In this document: positions 34,201-42,545 of the stretch, piece by piece
How the letters are laid out: each line of letters starts with the position of its first letter
Position numbering within the stretch: position 1 is the stretch's first letter
NCBI GenBank assembly: GCA_048772705.1
Contig: JBLWGC010000185.1
Span: forward strand, 62,001 to 126,000
DNA: 64,000 nt
Origin: Leidyana gryllorum EB-2025a
Taxonomy: Eukaryota; Protista; Apicomplexa
Direction: 5' to 3'
Made by a program: the position numbers and the translations under genes
The notes under the pieces: generated by a model
The model's input: the letters and a program-made list of their open reading frames with translations, nothing else
Database searches by the model: none
Told to the model about the DNA's origin: nothing

Positions 34201-36076
34201 CAGTCCCTTTGCCCATTTAGACACGCGACCCTTCGACTTTGGTCTCGAGGCAGCGGCACAAGCGAATAAGGCTGACAGCTCCGACATCAGCGAGTCACAA
34301 TCGGAGAGTTTGGCTAATCAAAGCACTGAGCGACCAGAGGCAGTCTCCCGAGCGGTGGAAAAGGCTCCGACACGCTCGAAAGATGCAGACGTACACAAGC
34401 GTCAAGCTGCCGCGGAAGAAAGAGCTGTTCGGCCCCCCGTCGTGACCCAGGTGACCTCTGGAGAGGCAACTGGAACTGGAACTGGAAACACCGTCACTGG
34501 CTTGTGTCCCAGTCCACCGGTTCCCTCAGAGCCCGTGGCACCAGTGCCCTCACCTTCGGGAACGAGCAATATGTCGCGCATTACCTCCGCGTCTCCGACC
34601 CTTGAGGAGGCCACAGAGGAGTACCGACTATTGGATCCTTCGGGAGACGAGGCGGACAACTTTGTCAATATGGGAATGGATTACGCCTACCGACTCTTAC
34701 GGTCGCTTCCGTTAGCAAAGATTGTCGCTGGCGGCGACCCGGAGGGGGATCAGGAGGCAGATGAGCGGTTTGAAGTGATTAAATCGCAGAAGCCGACCCC
34801 ATCGACGTCACCTCGCAAAGGAACGAAAAGGTTCAACTCTGCCCTGAGAGCTCTCGCCACATATTTTGTTATCGTTTATGGAGGGGATGACGACGAGAGC
34901 GAGGAGTCGAGCCGAGCAGTTGTGGAGCAGGCGTTCGGCACTCTGCTTAAGAGCGCTCAGAGCACGCTGGAGGCTCTCAGAACGACTCAGAAGGTCGCCG
35001 ACTGCAGATCTTTCGCATTGGCGGTGGTACATCGGACACCACCCAAATATTGGAAGTTTGACAATGATCTGAGTGTGACGCCTGATTACTGGCTGCTGAT
35101 GGGATTCTGGAGAATCTTTCTGCGGGGCACTCCGTATCGACATTTGACAACGAAACCAATTGATATGCGTCGGACTGTGAAACGCGGAGGCGTTCGGATT
35201 GTGCGAGTGCTACCGAGACTTACAACTCCGTCACAGGGGTGGTCACAATCCAGCAGATGGGCCGCCGGAAGGTTGTCGGGGCTCTTTGATGTGATGGATG
35301 GGCAACTGGAGTGCACAGGTGCCAAGCTGGTGATTGACGAGGTGACTGCGGGGGAGGGCTGGTCGGCATTCTTCAAGTGGGCCATCAAGGACTCGGGTCG
35401 GATGATGGAGTGGCAATCGAACGAAGGGGGGGACATCGAGGCACTCAGGACATTGTCTAAGAGACTGACTGCATCAGTGAGTTTCCAGGCAGTGGAAGGC
35501 GGTAGTGTGGAGTCTGTGGTCGCCCCCTGGGTGTCGAGAACAAAGTTGGCGTTTGTGGAAGTGATGGTGAAGCAGGTCAAACAATATGATCTGTGCGCAC
35601 TCCGTACAGAGGATGTGAAAGCGTATGTGTGGGTTCGTGCGTTCTGCGAGAGTCTGGTGGTGGACACCCCGTACGAGTCACTGACTGTGAAGCCTCTGGA
35701 CTTTCGAGTGCCACAAGTTGTGCCGGGACTTCAGCCGGCGAGATTTACGGGAATTATGGAGCTCCATAGTGCAGCGGGACCAGCGGACGGGAAAGTAGCG
35801 ATGTCTGTGGGAGTGATCCACAAGTCGTACTACAGCTTATATTATCGAGCACTCGGAAATCTTCGGTTACAACGCGTGGATTGCGATCCGATCGTTTTAC
35901 TGCCCCCGTTACGACCAAGTACAGTGGGACGCCTCTGGAGTACGATCACCGGTCGGACGGCCGGCGACGAACCACCACACACACCAACAGAGTCGTCACC
36001 CTCGAGTACACCGACCAGTGAATCGCCACTTGTGCGAGCTATGAAGTTCTTCTTCCGATCTGGAAGTGCCGTCTGA
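31292..36076 (+). CDS. Large hypothetical protein with a dispersed ~28-aa W..RG...LL..TPY..L...P.D[FL]R repeat
   Basis: 1594-codon ORF with no ATG for ~200 codons and 5-6 copies of the motif. Confidence 0.8.
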   Translation: MTKAPHLKVPSVASVIKSAGKSVPSPKHRQSAASSPLNPLLSRPALSKPQPRKTSTSSAPKSGTTATAPTGRTTTPNNRPPLPPPKPERTASVHSASTSTKPPKAPSPRKDSSSKSSISTSTAPTRGSTSTINLTKIEIATLRTVERHLSALPPGIVDPPINSTAQKGASSPSAALPPWKSLIKENPSPSDRLTLFAAHRGVRLGAIIAMQACNAQSIYIPPLVTAFHRNIFQMMWWDHYFTRSVTNGIDLASVYLEAHKGAIPEIEGCWELFKSNYVASQVQTKDRSPRLKKIAPTKIVDIIAEYCHFSFEPKGSSQYWWYRGLLHELLRNTKYANLDQYPFDFRGSVGINIFPPPPPSPATSKSQGRCVISADNNLTNVGAYESFCAYYAADVAASVLRALPQLPSPKGHTCVFAIDVPTLTYAFNSLLSQLMRWQVGVAQQRCSLQARQSSAQMLTYFLSRGPDHVWCTNSLKCELISTIRRSIRVMPLTEVPSQRSSIWYYFKTPSVLRIVLQHLNLDYRESILERAREDLGDRGRSARWHWLKRFFETACKGSVSFDVGLDRYRFDFRYFVPTANGADSTPSASPPICRDYLRPIAIPLDPQQPVRRKQLTMPWPISFFVHDDGQKQHNSRRVTCSPQTQAMNRGSIVADCLLVGIVSSKPPIKTGDGGIAYVDVELLRRCVTQELETMDIDTDPHKAPFEVKQLAKNLREAINMNGGKEVWLNGPPKNRHTIWVPFELDDRNAPLWLSEAIVNTINVGDIKVPPPDNLRYWWLRGLWGTLLRHTPYENLDRPPIDLRQNLAISPPLVALSQKNHRAFQLGIECGHRFQRIVLEGSLAATSTAKAFSITRLPLLSEAVKGCLAAFRQIASDTRILSTVIECAEKCRNFYESTGQCPTDNVYGRISSACLPVESMTDYNWLASALYCCFTQVNIEPPLKGGFDLIYKVNVSAWWRARGFFTLLLHLSPFAHLDTRPFDFGLEAAAQANKADSSDISESQSESLANQSTERPEAVSRAVEKAPTRSKDADVHKRQAAAEERAVRPPVVTQVTSGEATGTGTGNTVTGLCPSPPVPSEPVAPVPSPSGTSNMSRITSASPTLEEATEEYRLLDPSGDEADNFVNMGMDYAYRLLRSLPLAKIVAGGDPEGDQEADERFEVIKSQKPTPSTSPRKGTKRFNSALRALATYFVIVYGGDDDESEESSRAVVEQAFGTLLKSAQSTLEALRTTQKVADCRSFALAVVHRTPPKYWKFDNDLSVTPDYWLLMGFWRIFLRGTPYRHLTTKPIDMRRTVKRGGVRIVRVLPRLTTPSQGWSQSSRWAAGRLSGLFDVMDGQLECTGAKLVIDEVTAGEGWSAFFKWAIKDSGRMMEWQSNEGGDIEALRTLSKRLTASVSFQAVEGGSVESVVAPWVSRTKLAFVEVMVKQVKQYDLCALRTEDVKAYVWVRAFCESLVVDTPYESLTVKPLDFRVPQVVPGLQPARFTGIMELHSAAGPADGKVAMSVGVIHKSYYSLYYRALGNLRLQRVDCDPIVLLPPLRPSTVGRLWSTITGRTAGDEPPHTPTESSPSSTPTSESPLVRAMKFFFRSGSAV

Positions 36077-36183
36077 GACGACGAGCAGCAGCAAGCAAGC
36101 AGGCCAGAAGGGTGGTAAAAGGCTAGGCTGTGATTGTAATTGTTGGGGTTGATGGGCACTGACTGACATATGACAGAAGAAGC

Positions 36184-36768
36184 TTAGAAAGTATATGAAT
36201 GGTGCTGCTGCGAAGCGGTAAGCATATTTGTAGTGCCCTTTAGGTCGACCTGTCCTCCGATGGGGAGGAGGCCGATACCAGCTGCCGCATACGCAAAATA
36301 TCCCAGCATAACTAGCGAAAGGACTATGTAAACCGCACGTTGGAGAACGAGGTTCACCGGGAAGTCCACCGACTTCTGCAGGTCGTCAAACTGTTTGTTC
36401 CCACTCATTAGAACTCTGAAGGCTGTGAGCATCGCGTATCCGACAATGATGAATGAAAAGAAACCGCTTCCAGTCATCCAGATCATAAAGGCATTCAGAG
36501 CCAAACTCTTCACCGGCATAGTCGCAAGAGCCCAGGCGTTCTTCTGTATCACAGCCTTAGCTGCAACGCTGGACGTATTCTGCCACGCACTGCTGACACC
36601 TTCGCTGGTCTCAACACGTAGACGCTCCTCCTCTTGAACTATAGCTTCAGCCACATCGCGGCTCTGTAAAGACTTGAGTAGCGTTCCATGACACTTCCAG
36701 TTGACCAACTGGTTCAGAGCTTTATTGGACTTGCGCCCTGAGACCCCCCACCGACGCAAAGCTTCCAT
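36184..36768 (-). CDS. EMC4: ER membrane protein complex subunit 4
   Basis: KNAWALATMPVKSLALNAFMIWMTGS..FSFIIVG matches the EMC4 'kawd.Al.P.K..pmN.fmmym.Gn.i.if' segment. C-terminal TM plus GLLP. Start MEALRRW at 36768 is inferred. Confidence 0.75.
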   Translation of the reverse strand: MEALRRWGVSGRKSNKALNQLVNWKCHGTLLKSLQSRDVAEAIVQEEERLRVETSEGVSSAWQNTSSVAAKAVIQKNAWALATMPVKSLALNAFMIWMTGSGFFSFIIVGYAMLTAFRVLMSGNKQFDDLQKSVDFPVNLVLQRAVYIVLSLVMLGYFAYAAAGIGLLPIGGQVDLKGTTNMLTASQQHHSYTF

Positions 36769-36795
36769 TCTGGAGTGAGGAATTTTTGAGTAAGG
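36769..36795. promoter_or_regulatory. Candidate bidirectional micro-promoter (27 bp) with AATTTTTG (reverse complement CAAAAATT)
   Basis: AATTTTTG at 36781-36788, between the EMC4 and UBC12 start codons. Confidence 0.5.
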
Positions 36796-37643
36796 ATGTT
36801 GAGGACCCACGGAGCTGCTCGGCGGCAGCCCGTGCAGAAGGACTCCACGGTACCCCAACCCGCTCAGATACGTCTTCAGAAAGGTGAGCCTACCGTCGCC
36901 TCCAACATTACCCACATCGATCAAACAGAATTCAGCGAATTGGAACTACCGCCCCAGTGTGTTCTTGTTGACGTCAAGCAAGAGGACCTGGCGGAGTTCG
37001 GCGTGATAATCAAGCCAGACACTGGATACTGGCAGGTGAAGTTCCACAAACTTGTGTTCGAACATGTGCGTGTGTGTGCGCGGGCGCGGGCGCGAGCCCG
37101 ACTGGAGATGGGTGTAACGACTTTAATAACGACTATTGGTGTGAATCTGGGCTCTGGGTGCTGAACTGTTGTCTGTATGCCAACTTGCAGGGCGGTAAGT
37201 TCCGATTCAAGATCAACGTCCCCGTGACCTACCCCCACGATCCCCCCAAAGTGCGGTGTGAAACAAAGGTATGGTAGCAGTTGGCGTCGAAGGACGTTTG
37301 ATCCTTCGTCACTGCTTCCTGTGTAATATGGTCGCTGGCAGGTATTCCACCCCAATATTGATTTGGAGGGAGCAGTATGCCTCAATATACTACGCGCCGA
37401 GTGGCGTCCTGTGTTATCGCTGTATGCGGTCATTGCAGGCCTACTGCATCTTTTCCTGGTAATTGAGGTTTTGTTTTCGCTGAGAAATGTGTGTGTGAAT
37501 AGGCACCAGAGGTCTTTGAGCCCCTGAATCAGACGGCTGCTGATGAGTTATCACGTAACCCGTACCATTTTGGGGAAATGGTGAAAGCTTCGATGCAAGG
37601 CCGCGTTTTTTGGAAGGGGATAGCCTTCCCTGCAGTGCTTTGA
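36796..37643 (+). CDS. UBC12: NEDD8-conjugating E2 enzyme Ubc12/UBE2M-like, 5 exons
   Basis: AQIRLQK|[17 protein letters not shown]|[26 protein letters not shown]|[25 protein letters not shown]..|..[12 protein letters not shown] introns. Confidence 0.85.
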
Positions 37644-37679
37644 TAGAGAAATTTCGCATTACTTTGGTACAGACAAGTG

Positions 37680-39335
37680 ATGCTGAGCGGCAATGTGAGT
37701 GACCTTTTAATGAGCCCCGAAACACTGGGTAGCTGTGCAGATAGCTCCAACACTTGACACGGATGTTCGGGCGGCTTTACGAGAACGAGGACAGCCTCAG
37801 ACCTTGTTTGGAGAGGGGGTGGGTCCATTTTTCGTCACACTCGCGATTGAATCCTTTTTAGCCATTTGAAAGGAGAGAGCGTCTCAAAGCCCTCTTAGTC
37901 CAACAGTCATCGACGGAGCGAATATCGACCACCACTGCCCAAGATGCTGCCGACGAGCCCATAGTGGTAAGTGGTGAAAAGTGTGTGTGTGTGTATATCT
38001 ACTGGCGTGTGTGGCAGGAGGAGTTGTTCTTTACGGAGGGAACGGCGGCTTTGAAGGCTGCGCGTTTGTGGGTGGCTCGTTATTCGATCCCGCGATCTCA
38101 CGCACGTCTGCAAGCGTATCGAGAACGATTTCAAAACGAGAATCCCTTGGAGGCTGAGGCGGAGCGATTGTCTTTCAACAATGATATACAGCGCCGATTA
38201 CAGATTCAGTTGAGTCAGTCGGCGGATACGCGGCCGTTGAGTGCGGGCGCGTTCTCCCCGGACTCGAAGTATTTGGCTACGGGATCTTTCTCATCGAACA
38301 TCCATTTTTGGAGCACGCAGGACGGCCAGAAGGTGGGCAGCGTGGCGCCCGATATTCACCTGGAGCGGGTCCACGGGCTCGCCTGGTACCCTTTCTGGCG
38401 GTCTTCGGACGAGAGCGGCGCACCGAACTCGTCGTCGGACCTTTTGGCTCTGGCGTCTTGCGACGCTGGTGGGCAGGTGTGCTTATGGAAGTGGGGAGAT
38501 CAGAGCGAGCCGGCTGCTCGTGTGGGAATGCTTCTTGGGCACGAGGACAGAGTGAATCGATTAGACTTTCACCCGAGCGGTCGTTATTTGGCCTCGAGTT
38601 CCCACGACGAGACGTGGAGATGGTGGGATCTGCAGACCCAAACAGAATTGTTGCTACAAGAAGGGCACGCGCGAGCTGTCTATGCTGTGAGGCATCACCC
38701 CGACGGTTCCATTGTGCTTTCATCGGACTTGGGAGGCGTTATGCGGGGGTGGGATCTGCGTACGGGGCGTACAGTGATGACTCTGACTGGTCACGTCAAA
38801 CAGGTTCTGAGTTTGGACTTTCACCCAATGAGTGAGTGCTTCAATGTGTTTGGGCTCCAATTGACTGTCAATGTCACCGCGTTGTCTCAGGTTCTCACAT
38901 TGTCGCGTCGGCTTCTGGAGATCGAACAGTAAAACTGTGGGATATCCGGAAAGCGGACTGTTTCGAGACGGTTTTGGCCCATAAGAATCTGATCAGTACT
39001 GTCAAGTTTGAGGTGAGTGCGGCTGCAGGCGGTGCAGACTTTGACTGACTCTCTGTTTGCAGCCAAAAGAAGGCCGTTATATGTTGACTGCGGGTTTCGA
39101 TCGCGAAGCGCGTCTTTGGTCGAGCGACACTTACACGTGTTTCAAAGTGCTGCCGGGGCACGAAGGGTTTATAATGTCTGCGGACATCGCGCCAGGTGGG
39201 TGGGACTTATTAGAGTTGTGGACATTATTAGAGTTTGCAGATGGACGGCGTGTCGGGACGATGGGTTACGATCGAACGTTCAAATTGTGGCACACGGTGG
39301 ATGAGGATGACGGTATGGGTGAGGGAAACGGCTAA
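37680..39335 (+). CDS. PRP4: U4/U6 snRNP protein Prp4 (PRP4 motif plus WD40 repeats), multi-exon
   Basis: PTLDTDVRAALRERGQPQTLFGEG, FFTEG...ARLWVARYSIPRS and WD repeats (GHEDRVNRLDFHPSGRYL, QEGHARAVY). Confidence 0.9.
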
Positions 39336-39364
39336 AAATATATTGGATTTTTTGGGGGCTGGCG

Positions 39365-40683
39365 ATGAGTGACGAGACGAGCAGACAGAAGAGAGAGTTG
39401 GAGGAGACGGTCGACCCCACGACAGCGACTGCTGAGCCCGAGGTCAAGAAGATCCGAGTTGATGATGGGGAACAGCAGCAGAAGGAGAAGGAGACTGCTG
39501 CCGGCAGTGGGGAGGTCGACTTGGCCAGAGTGAAGAGACAGGTGGAGTATTATCTGAGTGACGATAATCTCCGATATGACCAATTCTTCCATCCGATCAT
39601 TGCGAACGATCCCGAGCACTGGCTGCCAATGGGCAATATACTGAGCTGCAAACGCATTCAGAACCTCAAAGCCACTGCGGAGGACATTGTCGAGGCTCTC
39701 AAAGACAGTGCACTCGAAGTGGCCAAGGCCGATGATGGCAGCTACAAAATCCGTCGTGCCGCCCCTCTCCCGCCTTTGGAGCAGAGACCCGAGCGTCCGG
39801 CCCGCGGGGAGGGTCGGTTTGAGCGCAACTCTGCCGGCGGTAACGCCAAGAAGGCCGCAGATCTCCACAACGCCGGAGTCATTGTGCGCCTCGAAGGCAT
39901 TCCGACCGAGGCGAGTTGGGAGACGCTCAAAACCGCTTTGGCGGCCAAGTTGCCGACGCCCCCCGCGCCCCCCGCCGGGCCCGACGGCAAAGAGCGGAAA
40001 CCCTATTCGGCTATTCAGTTTATTTCCAAACCGACTTCGGCTCGAACGGCGATTGCTTTGCTGCAGCCGTTCGAGAACGACGTCGAGCGACTGACTGCCG
40101 GAGAAGAGTTTGGCTCTTTCGAGGCTGACGGGGCCCAAGTCAAAGTGTCAGTGGTGACTGACTTCAATGAGGCTCAGGACTTTCTGCGCTCCCTCCCCCA
40201 AATCATCCGCAAGAAACGCGAACGGGAACTCCTCCGCAAAAGACGCGAACTCGCCAGCAAACCCATTCTCATGGGAGGCAATACCTTTGGATCTATAGAG
40301 CATCTCCGCAGATGCCTCAAAGAAGTACAAAGCGAACTCGCACCTGGAAAGGTCGTCAACGCAAAGACCTCTGCTGTGGTAAGCCATACCGGAAACGACT
40401 CTCACTCACTCACTCTCTTCGTCAGCTCAAAGATCTCTTGGCATATCACCCCAACGGCGCGTCGAAGCTAAAGGACTTCCAGGAGTTCAAAGTTGACGCC
40501 CAGACCTTCCCGGGCAACAAGGGTGAACAGACCACCAAGTGTTTCTTTGTTGTGCGTACCGATGGTTCGGTTGAAGACTTCTCAGTGCAGAAGTGCTTTG
40601 CTCAACTCGTCAGAAACCCTCCTTTTGCCCCCACACCCGCCGAAGACGCCGAGAAGGAAAACAACGAAGCAGCAGCTGCTTAG
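39365..40683 (+). CDS. La-motif RNA-binding protein (LAM + RRM-like) with a C-terminal DCL/DUF3223-like domain, 2 exons
   Basis: KRQVEYYLSDDNLRYDQF is the La motif. Intron 40379-40425. C-terminal LLAYHP..KL...V......KCFFVVRTDGSVEDFSVQKC. Confidence 0.85.
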
Positions 40684-40702
40684 AAATTCACCAACACTAT
40701 CA

Positions 40703-42475
40703 ATGAAATACCATTACCTTTTCGTTCTGCTCGTTAACAAGGCCCCAGCAGGAGCCGCCCTCTCTCCGTGGCCCTCAACACCGCCTCCCAGTGATGAATG
40801 GTCAACTCCAATACCCGGACCCATAGGACCAGCCGTCCCAGCCAAACCCAACCAACCACCCACACACGCACCGGACTATCCCAAGATTGTACCCAATGTC
40901 CAACGAATATATCAACGCAAACCACCACGCAACGGACAGCCTCTCCTCAGCGGTGTCATAGAACCCTATCGGCCCCCCGCACCCCAAACCGACCAATATG
41001 ACCCCACTGAAATTAATCATAGACCCCAACCGAGCAGCAATGCCGCCGGCGGGGGCCCCACAACGGCCTCGGGAGCCTTCCGAGTGCCCTCAATGCTCCC
41101 AGTCCCGATGGCCCTCCCAAACTTTGGTGCCGCCGGTGGCCGTCGTCCTGACCCCCAAATGATCGGCAATCAACAACAACCCGCAGCCACCCCCAATTCG
41201 CCCCCAAGACCCCCCTCGCATCTGTACAGAGGTGACCAACGCCCGGACCACCGCCCGGACGACCAACCTCCCGACTCGTTGTCGCGCCAAAGTACCGCAG
41301 ACACCTGGCGCAGTTCTGACCATCAATCCTACAATGCCGCCGGCGACTCTCGCAATGGACAACGAGACCACTCCGGCGCCACACGCTGGTCGGATGCTCC
41401 CACCGGCGCCCAGAACGCTTGGCAGCAGCAGCAACAACAACATAACAACTCCCCCCCCTCGCCATATCAACTGGGGACCACAATGCACCCGCCGACTGTT
41501 GATCCATATGATCCAAACGGCAACAGAAGTGGACAACGGCCTTCAACGGATCCATCTTATGGTCGGTATGGGGAAACTCCTCATAACGGCGGATATCAGA
41601 GTCCTCACCCATTCAACCAACAACAACAACAGACTCCCACCAACCAATACGACAACTGGGGACGCCAACAACAGACTCCCACCAACCAATATGACAACTG
41701 GGGACGCCAACAGACTCCATCGCCGTATCAGCAAGGATCCTACCCCTATCAGAAGCAGCAACAGCAAACCCACTACGGCGGACCAGAGCCGACATACCTT
41801 CGTGGAGACTCCCAGTCCCGCACCCACACGGGACCTCAGAGCTCAATGTGGTCACCACGTGATACAGATGATGCTGATTTCGCACCATATGATGGCCGGG
41901 AGAGACCCCCATCCCCCAGAAACGAAAACGATTACGGACGAGACCGGACGCGCACAGTGGCAACACCTGATCAGTCGAGCTATTCCTCGTATGGAGGGCT
42001 CAACCATCAGACTGACAACAGCCGTTCTCACCAAACCTCGCCCAATCGTCACTCAGCTTCGCCCTCAGACTCAATATACCAGACGGCACCCTGGCGCGAC
42101 TCCGCCGTCTCCAATCCATCAGGACCCAGACACTCGCTAGGACGCCAGTCTCTCGATGCTGGACAGCACAACAGCAACACTGACCCCGCCTCGAGCTTCT
42201 GGTCCGAATTAGCCCGGCCCAGCGGTGAACATCAGCGCTACGAACCCTCGACACCGAACTTCACCCAGGACGACCCCCGCCGTAGCAATCGGCCTTCTGA
42301 ATATCTATTCAGGGCACACGCACCCAACGGGCCCCCACCAATCCCAAGTCGACCCGATGTCATCTCGGAACGTAATAGACCCCGCCAATACTCGAATGTG
42401 AACAGTGGTCGCCCCTCCACTTCATCTTCGCGTACCGGTGGTTATTCTGGATCCTCCAGAGCATCCAGACACTAA
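40703..42475 (+). CDS. Possibly secreted low-complexity Pro/Gln/Ser/Asn-rich protein
   Basis: ATG 40703 with hydrophobic N-terminus MKYHYLFVLLV. Tandem repeat QQQTPTNQYDNWGR x2 at ~41625-41715. Confidence 0.65.
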   Translation: MKYHYLFVLLVNKAPAGAALSPWPSTPPPSDEWSTPIPGPIGPAVPAKPNQPPTHAPDYPKIVPNVQRIYQRKPPRNGQPLLSGVIEPYRPPAPQTDQYDPTEINHRPQPSSNAAGGGPTTASGAFRVPSMLPVPMALPNFGAAGGRRPDPQMIGNQQQPAATPNSPPRPPSHLYRGDQRPDHRPDDQPPDSLSRQSTADTWRSSDHQSYNAAGDSRNGQRDHSGATRWSDAPTGAQNAWQQQQQQHNNSPPSPYQLGTTMHPPTVDPYDPNGNRSGQRPSTDPSYGRYGETPHNGGYQSPHPFNQQQQQTPTNQYDNWGRQQQTPTNQYDNWGRQQTPSPYQQGSYPYQKQQQQTHYGGPEPTYLRGDSQSRTHTGPQSSMWSPRDTDDADFAPYDGRERPPSPRNENDYGRDRTRTVATPDQSSYSSYGGLNHQTDNSRSHQTSPNRHSASPSDSIYQTAPWRDSAVSNPSGPRHSLGRQSLDAGQHNSNTDPASSFWSELARPSGEHQRYEPSTPNFTQDDPRRSNRPSEYLFRAHAPNGPPPIPSRPDVISERNRPRQYSNVNSGRPSTSSSRTGGYSGSSRASRH

Positions 42476-42545
42476 TGCTCAGATAATAGAAAGAAGGGAA
42501 ACAGTTCATAAGCAAACCTTAGTGCAAACTATAGTTCAGACTTGG

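Noticed and set aside
36769-36924. Long N-terminal extension of EMC4 overlapping UBC12
   Set aside because: It is antisense to UBC12 exon 1 and intron 1. ATG 36768 gives a normal-sized EMC4.
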